64,000 nt of DNA from Octopus sinensis (taxonomy: Eukaryota). Shown here piece by piece: positions 27,694 through 39,940 of this stretch. Below the pieces are notes generated by a model, which was given only the letters and a program-made list of their open reading frames with translations, had not been told where the DNA came from and searched no databases. A program made the translations under genes and the position numbers. How positions within the stretch are numbered: the first letter of the stretch is position 1; each line of letters begins with the position of its first letter. Location of the stretch: positions 29,450,001 through 29,514,000 of the forward strand of contig NC_043009.1 in NCBI RefSeq assembly GCF_006345805.1, given 5' to 3'.

Positions 27694-27761
27694 AATCATC
27701 ATCATCATCAGCATCATCATCGTCATCGTCGTCGTCGTCGTCGTCATTGTCAACGTCATTG

Positions 27762-27795
<34 letters not shown>

Positions 27796-27980
27796 TATTC
27801 AGTAGCCTTATTTTTATAACGTGTTTTCACTGCACTACCGAGCGTAGCTCTGTGTGCCTTGGGTATGTGATGTGGTTTGCTGTGATGCTCTTATGGTTAC
27901 TGTATTGAAAGTGTTTTACGTAGGATGTGTGCAGTGCCCAGTAGTGCTATTTTCTGTATAATATATATATATTTGTAAGT

Positions 27981-28089
27981 CCTTTCGGGGTCGATAAATT
28001 AAGTACCGGTGAAACACTGGGGTCGATTTAATCGACTTACCTCATCCCCTAAAATTACAGTCTTTGTGCTTATACTAGAAAGGAATATT
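27981..28089 (+). mobile_element. SINE family A, 3' half, tail type 2
   Basis: cctttcggggtcgataaattaagtaccgg...ctggggtcgatttaatcgactta...tagaaaggaatatt. Confidence 0.85.
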
Positions 28090-28252
28090 ATTAATGCAAC
28101 TTTTGCTGTCGTTGTTATTGCTGCTTCCGTTGTTATTGTTGTTGTGTTTTTGTTCTTGTTATTGTCGTTGTTAATCATTTCCCGCCAATTATCTTGGTCT
28201 ATTTCGCTATATTCTATCGGTTTCTACATTCATGTTGTAATTGCTGAAGTTA

Positions 28253-28560
28253 TTGTTGTTTAGCCCCCAGGTCATCCCAAAATTAGTTGACGTAAGATCA
28301 AATGACGCACAAGGCATGACCAACTCTTCATTTCTGAAAATGCATAACCTGCACAGTTTTACACCATTTATCAATCCCAATCGAAAAATGGAAATTCGAT
28401 GGCCATTACATCACACCAAATTAAAATTTTCGGTTGCTACAGGTACTGCTACGATCGCTTTAGTCTTTCTTATTTAAAATGCCTTTTCTTAAGACGATCA
28501 AGTATGTTGCAAGTGATTTTAAGTTGCTATTTCTAGCTCGTCAGATGAGCACAACGTGGT
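28253..28560 (-). mobile_element. Interspersed repeat family E
   Basis: ttgttgtttagcccccaggtca... and ttgctatttctagc match the reverse complement of 21870-22050. Confidence 0.5.
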
Positions 28561-28878
28561 TTATTGTTATAGTTATAGCTGCTACAGAAATAGTAGTAAA
28601 CCAGACGTTATGTTTGTTGTAGCGATTGTAGTTGTTCTTGTTGGAGTTCCTATGCTTCTTCCGTGCCATCTTCACCAATTTTATTCCTCCTCTTCTATTT
28701 CTTCTTACACTCAGTAATCCCTGCCATATCCTGTATTATATAACAACACAAAACCCTTCCGCCTGACTGTCTGATTGCCTGCCTCTACTTGTCTGTCGAT
28801 TTGCTTGTCTGTATGTATATTTCCCTTACGTAAATCTCCTTAAATTAATGTCTTGGATACACACACATATTAACATAT

Positions 28879-28976
<98 letters not shown>

Positions 28977-30252
28977 CTGTGTGTGTCTGTGTGTTCATAC
29001 ATGTATACATATATATTCATACATGTATACATATAAATGCATTTGAAAGAGGAAGAAGGTGAGTAATACGTGCAAAGTATATTTTTTCTCATCAACAAAT
29101 TTTAGTTTCGTCTGTATTTGATTAACACCATATTCTGGTCGGTGTGGGTGAGAGTCTGGTGGGTAAGTATAAAAATTCAGTGGAAAAAAGATACTGCAGT
29201 ACTGAACTAACCTTGCGGTAGAGGAGAGGGTAGTGAAGAAGGGAAGATATAAGGGATGCCTAGGTGAGTAGGGGGTGTGCTGAACTAATTCTGGGTGGTT
29301 TGAGGTTTTATTGCTGTTGTTGTTGTTGCGGTTATTGTTGCTGTTTCTGTTACTGCTAGTTGTGAGACAGAGTTGTACTTAAACCAAACTCTGGGTGGAT
29401 AAAGGCAGGGGTAGAAAAGTAAGGTAGAGGACGTGTTGGAGATGTGCGTAGAAATTAAAGAAAACGGGGAGATAGAGCGGTGTGGAACTGACCCAGAGAA
29501 TGGAGGGATGTTCTCGAAAGTTAAGCGGATAAGAAGATGATGCAGTTTGCATTAAATTAAACGTCTTGAAAATATTTGTTTTGCGTTTTCATTCTCTACT
29601 AATCTACTGTTAGAACTGAATTTAATTTTTATTAATTATTTTATTCAACAAAATATATAGCAGATTTAAATGTGGAAATATAAACATTGGCGGCAGCAAA
29701 TATGTGGGAGAAAAGTAAGGAGAAGAGTGGTATGGATCTGTTAACACTGGAGTAATTGACAGAGTATCAGTAGAGCGGGCTTGTGTTGCTAACAATTAAT
29801 CTAAGAAGAAGTGTAGTACTTAAAATAAGTGTATTATCCTGGTGGATATAGAAAATCTCTCTTCACGTATAAACTGGAGCCTACCTCCGAAAGCTTGTTT
29901 TAGAAACACAAGAAGAACAATAAGCTCTTTCAAAATGCATAATTAGATTATTTTCCTTCTTTTTCATGCTTATTTGATAGTGTCAGGCAGAGATGTACTT
30001 ACTTTTGGTACGTAGTCCTACCAATCTTAACTTTCATCTAGACAGTCCATAGCCAAAGTTTGTTGGGCCCATATAATATTGGTACCGGACCTGCTAAGAT
30101 CTGTAAATGCTGTTAGGACATTCTCACAAATTACTTTTGTTAACATTGAATATTTTTTGGCAAGTATTTCTAAGTAGCAAGCGAAAAAATTAAACTTTTG
30201 ATGTAATAACCAGCAAAGCCAATAATAGAATAGTATTAATGTGGAGAAGCAA

Positions 30253-30406
30253 TCATGCGCTGTTTATCTTGATGTGGAATCACCATGTCGCGCGCATATG
30301 GCTGTGATGCATGTGCCTGGTGTATCCTTATCAGACTGGTAGTCATGAGAGGTACTTTGGGCTTCGTATATTTGTGGTGTGCACTGGTCTCTCAGCAATA
30401 ATAATA
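30253..30406 (+). mobile_element. LINE 3' end fragment (same family as 26889-27030) with (AAT)n tail
   Basis: gctgtttatcttg...caccatgtcgcg...gtgcctggtgta...tatcagac...gggcttcgtatatt...ctctca-caataataata aligns by eye to the reverse complement of 26889-27050. Confidence 0.85.
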
Positions 30407-30699
30407 GGAAAATGAAGAAGGTAAAGATAGTGCCAATTATTGTTGGATCCTTGGGAGCAAGAATACAACAAGGAATAATAAAGGGAACTGGAATAGAGTG
30501 CCCAGTAGAACTGATACAAAAAGTTAGTCTCCTTAGCACGGCCAGAATAATCAGGAAGGTATTTGATATCGGAAAAGATCAAATAGCATGGTATCGTATA
30601 CTGCATGTAGCAAGCCCGCTACGCATGCAAGACTCCAGGAGCTTCAACAAAAGCCAGGATAAAGAGCAATAATAATAATAATAATAATAATAAAAATAA
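30407..30699 (+). mobile_element. 5'-truncated RLE-clade LINE (endonuclease C-terminus + 3' UTR + (AAT)n)
   Basis: KVKIVPIIVGSLG...ELIQKVSLLSTARIIRKVF matches the VP.I.GALG...LQK..LLGTARI.R.V terminus of R4/HERO/NeSL ORFs. Confidence 0.85.
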
Positions 30700-30755
30700 G
30701 GATGATGATGATGATTATGATGATGATGATGATGATGATTATAATAATAATAATA

Positions 30756-31225
30756 AACATATCAGTCAAGACCTACCAAAATCTGAGCAAGTATAAAGAT
30801 CTTGAAATAGAAATTAGCAAAATGTGGAAGACTAAAACAATACCTGTTGTTATAGGTGCCCTAGGAATAATAGCAAAAGGTGCTGATTGCTACCTAGCTC
30901 AGATACCAGGAAACCCCAAAATGGCAGAAATTCAAAAGATAGTGCTCATGGGAACAGCCCATATCCTACGTAAAATACTGTGTACGTAATCTCAAACTTT
31001 AAAACAAACACAATTTTCTTAGGGTTTCTTAAACATTCTCTAGAACAACACTATGTACAAAACCAAATATGACATCCTAGGCATAACACCAACATAAACT
31101 TCTAACTTGTCTGTTGAGGTCTCTGCGTGAGACTTGGAGCCAACTTGTACAAATGTAAAGCAAAAGTCAAATATAAAATAATACTAATACTAATACTACT
31201 ACTACTACTACTAGTAATAATAATT
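30756..31225 (+). mobile_element. 5'-truncated RLE-clade LINE (endonuclease C-terminus + 3' UTR + (AAT)/(ACT)n tail)
   Basis: NISVKTYQNLSKYKDLEIEISKMWKTKTIPVVIGALG...EIQKIVLMGTAHILRKIL; 3' UTR hairpin gaggtctctgcgtgagacttg. Confidence 0.9.
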
Positions 31226-31414
31226 TGATGCTGCTGATAACAACGATGAGAACCTTTAGAGGATGATGCTGACGATAATGATACAAAACTGGTAAGAAGA
31301 ATGAGAGAGGGAAGAGAACAAAAAAGCAGATAATAATGATACTACTACTACAACTACTACTACTACTACCGCTGCTGCTGCTATTGCTGTTGTTGCTGCT
31401 GCTACTACTACTAT

Positions 31415-31455
<41 letters not shown>

Positions 31456-32337
31456 ATGATAATAATAGTAAACCTAACGACGATGAAGAAAGAAAGAAGA
31501 AAGAAAGAAAGAAAGTCAATGCCGTGTTAGAATGATGAAATTTTGCAAATATTCCTGATAAACTCGTATGTCTTGTAGTCAATGAGAGGAAAATATGCGC
31601 AAACCGTGTAACTGGTACCTTATTAGAATGGGAGAGTAAAAGTAAATTATTTGTTTTCGCAGATAATGAAGGTTATAAGCATGAATATTTATGATAAACA
31701 ATGCATTTGAATTTTAGCCAATATAAAGCAGAATATGACTGGAGGCTGTGAGAAGCGGCAATAAATATATATCGCTTTGAAAGTATTTCTGAAATTTAGC
31801 AAAACTTATCAAATAGCAATGCTTGTATTTGGAATGACAAGAAAAGTAAATTATTTAAAAGCAGATAATTCAATATCCATCTACTTTACCTCACTTGCCA
31901 ATGTATCTAAAACTATCTGGTTCCATACCTAAGTAGCTATGATTAATGGCCTAGGGCAAAAATACTGCAGCTTAACAACTCTACTGAATAAAATCTTTTA
32001 CTATTATTGCGAGCTGACACGTAATATATATTTCAAGTTGGACAACCTCATCTTGGTCGAGTGTAATTGTTACCTTTTCAAACTAATTTAAATACTAAAT
32101 TGATACGGTTCAACATTTTTTTTTATATATTTATATCTAATTTATCAGAAGTAATGGGTATTTTTCTAGAGGTTTCTTCGTTAAAAATTTTCTAAGATAT
32201 ATGTTGATATTTCTCAGTATTGAACATATTATCCCAGAAACAATCTCATATTTATACAGGAAATAACTGGTCGATTATCATTGTGACCTATTTTCTTTGA
32301 TGATATGTTTACGGTTTTGCAATCTGTTGAAATGCAC

Positions 32338-32429
32338 CATGTATGTATGTATGTATGTATGTATGTATGTATGTATGTATGTATGTATGTATGTATGTAT
32401 GTATGTATGTATGTATGTATGTATGTATG

Positions 32430-32460
<31 letters not shown>

Positions 32461-32620
32461 TGTATGTATGTATGTATGTATTATGTATGTATGTATATGT
32501 ATGTATGTAATGTATGTATGTATGTATGTATGTATGTATGTATGTATGTATGTATGTATGTATGTATGTATGTATGTATGTATGTATGTATGTATGTATG
32601 TATGGTATGTATGTATGTAT
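32338..32620. repeat. (TATG)n microsatellite, tail of the adjacent SINE
   Basis: Direct. Confidence 0.95.
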
Positions 32621-32926
32621 GTTGTTCGTTTGTTCCTTCTCGAGCCATGCCCGGCTCATAAAGGCCGGTTTCCTGGTGTCCTTGTATACGTTCCCCAACT
32701 GGACGGAACGCCGGTCAGTCGCAGGTGAGCTGCAAGATGCAGGAGAAAAGAGCGAGAGAAAGTTGTGGCGAAAGAGTCAGCAGATATTCGCCATTACCTT
32801 CTGCCGGAGCCGCGTGGAGCTTAGGTGCTTTGCTCATAAACACACACATCGCCCGGTCTGAGATTCGAACCCGCGATCCCTCGACTGCGAGTCCGCTGCT
32901 CTAACCACTTGGCCATGCGCCTCCAC
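32621..32926 (-). mobile_element. SINE family D, full length
   Basis: Minus strand gtggaggcgcatggccaagtggttagagcagcggactcgcagtcgagggatcgcgggttcgaatc (A and B boxes); head and centre shared with 63667-63867. Confidence 0.9.
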
Positions 32927-33891
32927 ATGTGTGTATGTATGTTTCTTCAATTTTACATACACAGATAGATAGACAAATATCTGTGTGTATGTGCATGTGC
33001 GTGCATATGTTTGAGAGATGGGCGCTTCCTCGTTGTCGAATGCAGCCATCGCTTGAAGCATTTCAGAATCGGCCTCTTGCATGAACAGTACGAGTGTGAC
33101 ATTTTAAACCGACAAGTGGCATAATTCTTGAGCACAGATGTTAAATACATGATTAGCCCCCAACACCAAGAGCTACGTGTTCGCTACCATGCACTTGTAT
33201 GTGTTGTTTGAAGAACACAGCTGATAGTTAAACCAGGCCTGTCAGCTGGGGGCTTGTATTCATGGCATGCTTTTATGCTGCGTATGATGTAAAACAAGTC
33301 AACTCTCCGTACATGGCTTCTTTTGTGACTTTTCAGTTTCGCTCTGATGGAGGAAACTCCTACATTCATCACATGATCATCGTTTGTATATATTGTGTAG
33401 AATAATTTTGCGAAATCATTTTGGTATCTGAAGATGTGCTTGTATATACGAAACAATGTGCATATTGTAATGTTAACACTGAAGTAAACAAACTTACCCT
33501 TCGAATGTTTCTGTCCATTTTATAACCTTGATTCTTATTAACGGGTATTGGGTATTGTTGACGTCATAATAATCTCATGAATTTTCGAGAGAACGTGAAA
33601 TTATTCTTTTTTGGAACAGTGGATCCCGAAGCACGTAAATCTGTTGTTTATAGTTTATATACCTCAAGATCCATTGTACCCAAAGCAATTATTTCGCAAT
33701 CTACCGATTGTTTATGAACTTCTTATAGCATTGAAATGACTTTACATTCTACGTTTTAAAGGGTATTGAGTCCTTCACTGAAACATATTGTTGGTCATTC
33801 AATTAGAATTATAAAATCGACAGATACATAGATAGATAGATGGCGGAAAGTATGCTGATAACTAAAAAGGACAGATGGACTTTTTGACATG

Positions 33892-33894
<3 letters not shown>

Positions 33895-33952
<58 letters not shown>

Positions 33953-33962
33953 TAGATAGATA
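33895..33962. repeat. (GATA)n microsatellite
   Basis: Direct. Confidence 0.95.
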
Positions 33963-34726
33963 AATAGAAAAATAAATTGATTTAGAAATAAATCAATTTA
34001 ATAGATAAGGAGATAGTCAGGTTGATATGTTGACGGATAAATAGAAAGATAAATACAAGAGAAGAAAAAATAGTCGACGAGATCAAAAGGAAAGTTTAAA
34101 CATAAACAACATCGAAGAAAGTAAGAAGCAATGATAGGAATCAACTCCGGGATATATCTTCCCTTCTAAACCATTTATGCCCATATTAGCTCGCTGTGAG
34201 AGAAATACAAGAGGACACTCTTGCCTGAAAGCCTATTAGATCAGTGGTTATCGCCATAGCATTCTATTCATTAATGTCTTTGTCTTATTGGCTATCTAAT
34301 TCTTTGATATATATTTTCTCAACATCCATCCATCTTTAGAAGAAAATCGATTTTTTATACAGCCTCAATCTGAAGTATACAGCTTTCCGTCGCTCTTGTT
34401 ATTGATTATGTTCCAAACTCCTAGTCAAATTTCTGTTAAATTTTATCAAGACTCTCTAATCTAAGATGGCTTCTTACGAAAGTGGGCACATATTTTTAAC
34501 AGAATTGAATTTTGCGAAGATATAAATCTTCCAAATTTCATTAAATAAAATCATTCTTTGCCATTTGGGAATATTCTTTGGATAAATCAAACGGAAATCG
34601 TCCTTTCCTTTGTTCAATTGGTTGTGATGTGTTCTTAAAAGAGGCAAGCGTTTTTGCTTCAGAAATTATATCTATGTGTACATATGCTTATACACAACTA
34701 TGTATGTTTGTATGTATGTATGTCTC

Positions 34727-34778
<52 letters not shown>

Positions 34779-34827
34779 ATATATGTATATATATTATATA
34801 TATATATTATATATATATTATATATAT

Positions 34828-34869
<42 letters not shown>

Positions 34870-35491
34870 GATTATGCGTATGCATATATGGATATATTTG
34901 GGTATACAGAGTTAGTGTGTGTGTGTGTAATGATTGCTCATATCGTTTTCGTTTCCCAATATATTTCACTGGTAACCAGCATGCCAGTAAATTTTAGATA
35001 TTACTTAATTGAAGCAGCAACTACACAGTTTTGATTAATGTATTTTCTTCTTCAGTTACCCTCCATGAAAAATAGATTTATTGTTATTAAAAATATACAA
35101 ATGCTTGGAAAAATAGAAAGATAATCTAAATGTAATGAACAGAATTAGAATTATCGTTTCTCTTGAAATATCAAGAATAATTTTTTAATATATATTTTGA
35201 TTATATTTTCTGCTTTGTTTTTTTTTTGCATTTATTGGACTGATTTTCCTTTGTTCAGGATAAAAGAATATGAATATTTCTTTTTCTGTCATAGATTTCT
35301 TTCATGTAGGATTCAGGGGTATATTCTCAAACCCCTTTTCTTATCCATTGCTCAGTGTGTTTCAAAGGAGAGGGTTCTTGCTGGAATTGTGTTCTCTCTG
35401 AATAATAACTTAAAAGCGTAATATTCTTTAGTGACAACTAATTTTATTTTATTTTAACTACAACATTTACTTGCTTTACATTTGAAGAGAA

Positions 35492-35526
35492 GACTATTTC
35501 GACATGATTTGTCTCATCAGTGCAAA
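35492..35526 (-). ncRNA. Hammerhead-ribozyme-like core
   Basis: CUGAUGA-GACA(aauca)UGUC-GAAA-ua-GUC: exact core boxes and a 4-bp stem II; stems I and III weak. Confidence 0.4.
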
Positions 35527-35779
35527 TTAAATGACATTTAGGAATAACTGAAAAGTAAAATGGGAAAATTAACAAGAAAGACGACGGAGTTAGTTGACAA
35601 TACTATTTGATAAAAATTGATATATTAATTCATTTCAAATCTCTAGCTATGAAGATAATTTTTCATTGATATATGGATTCATATATTTTTAAAAGCAATT
35701 CCAGTATATCTTCAGGTGGCTCTGATAGGATACTTTTCTAGTTATTTCAATACTAATACTATATGCATGATTCTGTCGT

Positions 35780-35990
35780 TGATTTTACAGTTGCATAGAC
35801 CCAGGTAAGCGCTGATTGAGAAAACTTTTGATCAGTATATCCGAGCCGTGATTATTTCATCTATTATGCTACCCAGATACAATGTATCTAAGCCTCCAAT
35901 ATCGAAAGTGTCCATCCGTTTTCAAAGTGTAGCTTGTGATTTAAGGAAGATGGGTTATTAACAGCTGATGACGTGAATGCAAAAAGCCTC
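35780..35990 (-). mobile_element. Interspersed repeat family E, degenerate
   Basis: gacccaggtaagcgctgattgag...tgatcag...gagccgtga...cttgtgatttaaggaagat. Confidence 0.45.
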
Positions 35991-36260
35991 ACTAACTCTA
36001 CGCATTCACTCATTGGCCTAGTCTTCAGCATTCAATGGTTGTTGTTAAGCATCAAGACAAAACTGATCATACGGATCGCTAACACAGGCATCTCATCTTT
36101 TTTCAAGTATGTTATATCTAGAACAACAGAAGCTTGCGTGTTATTCCTATTGTTACAGCTGTAGAATATGACAAAGGAATTCTTCACAGCTGTCTCTAGA
36201 AACTCTGTTTCTATATGTAAAAGTGTATCCACTAATCTGTTGGCCTGTTTGGATTATACA

Positions 36261-36295
36261 ATGCTGATGAGGTCTATGTGACAGAAACGTATCTA
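36261..36295 (+). ncRNA. Hammerhead-ribozyme-like core
   Basis: CUGAUGA-g-GUC(uaugu)GAC-a-GAAA-CGUA; palindromic ACGU stem III as in dimeric minimal hammerheads; G10.1/A11.1 mismatch. Confidence 0.35.
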
Positions 36296-38356
36296 TAGTT
36301 GTCTTTCCCTTCAAACAAATTTCAGACTTAACTTATTTAAGAATAGAAGCTAACTTTCCTGTAAATTAGCTTTCCTTTTCTTTGAGATTAATAAATAGCA
36401 GTTGAATTTTCATTTATTTTTTCAAGTAAAAAATGAATGTTAAGAAAAACCGTTTTTGTATACGATTTTTTAAATTCAATTATCGCTAGAAGACCGACTA
36501 ATCATGTAGTAGCTCCCACTTTGGCAAAAATATATTGTGCTTTTGTCAAAGTTATCTTTCACTTGATATACTTTTATTACAAAGTTCAAGGCAAACCGAA
36601 ACAAACTATAGGAAGCGTTGTTATCTTTTGACACCATAAATATTTAATTTATTAATCTCCCGTGGTAAATATAAATTAAAAATTTCAGATGACAAAGCGA
36701 ATTCCTGTTTTACACTTCAGTGTAAAATAACATAGCTAAGGCAATATAATGAAAGCAAATTTATACTCAAATAAAATTACACAAGTAATGTAAAGTAGCA
36801 TACAAATAAAATGGTTTCATGTTAAGAAAGGCAGGGCAGAATATTTCGAAACACAAATGAATAAAAATTGAATGGAAACATGCAATGAAAGAGTAGATGG
36901 ATCTTTGTACATCCGATGATAATTCTGGTCACCTTTCAGTTTTATTAGATGTCTTCAGCGAACCATAGTTTTACTTTTCCATTACATCTATGAATTACTG
37001 AGAATATACAGGATTTTGAATTATAAAGCACTCACTGGTTAGACAGTTAATTTAAGCAATGAGTTTAGTAGAAAATAGGCCATGGATGCCTTTAGTACGA
37101 AAATCATATAAGTTAAATGGTATTTAACAGGGTTAATTTTGTGAGAATGCCTTCCCTGTAAACAATCGTACAGTTATGCATTTTTCTTAGTTCTCATATT
37201 TAGAGTCAACTTTCTATTTCAAAGATCTTTAGGTGCCATCTGTATTCAGAACACACACACACATACGACAACCTACTTTCTGTTTCCGTCTTCTAAACGA
37301 ACCCACAAGGGTTTGTCGATCTGAGTGTATAGCACAAGACAGCAGTTGTCTAATGCAATTAAATTTATTCATCGAGAGAACATTATATCTAATTAGAAGT
37401 ACGATGGAGCTGAGATCAGCCCTCATTTGAAATATATAAATGGAAATGAAAAGCATGTATCTATAAAGTCAAGAGAACGGAGCCACGACAGTAAAAGACG
37501 ATACCAATTCAAGAGAGAAATATCTTTGTGGCCGCTTACCTCTTCAGCCGGTGTAGTAAGAGGTGTGTAATGACTTATTCGAAATAAAAGTGCGAACGCT
37601 TTTATTTCCATGCAAAGACAAACACGCATACACATAAACACACACATATTAAAGATTTATTTGATTCACATACACACATAGATATTTACATATACACATA
37701 TATAAAGGAATATCAAGTTTTATGTGACTGTTAGTCCAAAAAATAAGAATGGTGATAATGTACTGTAACAGAAATATGAGAAACAGAGAGAGGAGGAGAG
37801 AGAGGAGGAGAGGGAGAGAGAGGAAGAGAGAGGGAGAGAAAGGGAGAGAGAGGGAGAGAGAGAAGAGAGAGAGAGAAACAGAGTGAAAGATGCATAAAGT
37901 GAAACACAGAAAGAATGTAAATGAATATGCATGTGTACATGTGAGCGTATATGTGTGAGTGTATGTCTGTGCATGTGTGTAGTAGAGACAGACAGAAAGA
38001 AAGAAGCGTGAAAGAAAGACGATAGGAGCCGAGAAAGAGCGTGACGTTATTGTGTGTTCTGTGCGGAGAGCTTGGTAGTACAGAAGAGTTTATTTCCAAG
38101 AGAAAATTATGAGATAATCTCTGAGACAAGATGGTGCCAGAACCTTTAGATAAGTTAAGTGTATGTGTGAGTGAGTATGACTATGTGAGTAAGAGAGAAA
38201 GAGGAAAACTAATTTCAAATTAGCTGGGGTGAGATAGAGGAGGGTGAACTCCATTCAAATACACACTAATATATAAATGTCAGTGAGTATTTATCTAATC
38301 TCCCCCACTCTCTCTCTCTCTGTATGCATATATATTTAATATACATACGTACATAC

Positions 38357-38479
<123 letters not shown>

Positions 38480-38871
38480 GTTAGCACAAGCACATACAGA
38501 CACATACAGATATATATATATATAACATATGAATTTATATATTCGTATATGTATATCTGTATGGATACGCTTGTGTACATTATTTAAATTTTTTAGCGTA
38601 TATATATCAATTATATTCTTGGTATAATGCAGACACTTTCCCATGAATACTATGTTGAATAACTCTTACACTCCAAGCCAATGCACACAGCCACACAGAA
38701 AGCAGTCACACACGTACAGGGAAGATTACATATAAATATGTTGTACATATACTCACACTACAATTAGCCATCTCTTCCATTCCAACCTATTTTCCATTAC
38801 TTCAGTTTGAAATTAACAAACAGCCTCCTACATTTTTTTCTAGATTCCATCAGAGCCGAATACACACACGC

Positions 38872-38950
<79 letters not shown>

Positions 38951-39249
38951 CACACACACACACACGCACACAACACACACACAAATAGATATGTACATAT
39001 AGTTTATGTACCAAAGTATGCACGTATACAAACACGCACAAACACATCACACACATATAGTGTAAGTATGCTTATACGAATATATATGTATACATATGCG
39101 CGAAATCATTATACAGAGATTAGTGGGGGAGGAAAAGCGGTCGCGACATAATGTCTTGCTTATCAATGTTTTATTATAAAGGGAGAGCGCGAGGGTTTGT
39201 GCTTCCTAATCCTGCAATTTTGTGCGTGCATGCGAGTAGGTATTTGTAT

Positions 39250-39286
39250 CACTCAATCAGTCACTAACTCACTCACTCACTCACTC

Positions 39287-39332
<46 letters not shown>

Positions 39333-39465
39333 CCATTCAATCAATGAGTAATGAACCAAGCCCTGTCCCTATATATATATATAAATATATATATATCTAA
39401 CTTTATATCAATCAATTTGTCCATCCAACCATCCATCCATCCATCCATCCTTCCATCCGTCACTG

Positions 39466-39543
<78 letters not shown>

Positions 39544-39636
39544 ACTTTATATCTATGAATATGTCCATCCATCCATCCATCCATCTATCCTTCTATCCTT
39601 CCACCACCCCTCTCTCTCTATCTCCCTCTCTGTCTG

Positions 39637-39687
<51 letters not shown>

Positions 39688-39707
39688 ATCCATTCATCCA
39701 TCCATCC

Positions 39708-39744
<37 letters not shown>

Positions 39745-39859
39745 ACTTTATATCTATGAATATGTCCATCCATCCATCCATCCATCTATCCTTCTATCCT
39801 TCCACCACCCCTCTCTCTCTGTATCCCTCTCTGTCTGTCTGTCTATCTATCTATATATC

Positions 39860-39939
<80 letters not shown>

Positions 39940-39940
39940 G
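39250..39940. repeat. Composite microsatellite mosaic (TCAA/TCAC/ATCC/TATC/CT) with ~201-bp higher-order duplication
   Basis: ctaactttatatctatgaatatgtccatcc...ccaccacccctctct at 39541 and 39742; a diverged third start near 39397. Confidence 0.9.

Noticed and set aside
27128-27805. 225-aa plus-strand ORF
   Set aside because: Antisense of the LINE RT fragment running into an (ATC)n tract.
29998-30110. Minus-strand splice pair with possible start MKVKIGRTTYQK
   Set aside because: The full interval is closed in all frames; the 36-nt version has a poor acceptor and no other support.
32297-32861. MYVC-repeat ORFs resembling a metal-binding repeat protein
   Set aside because: (TATG)n translation.
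36700-37140. Possible piggyBac MITE ending cagggttaa (similarly 49187-49451)
   Set aside because: No convincing matching left TIR found.
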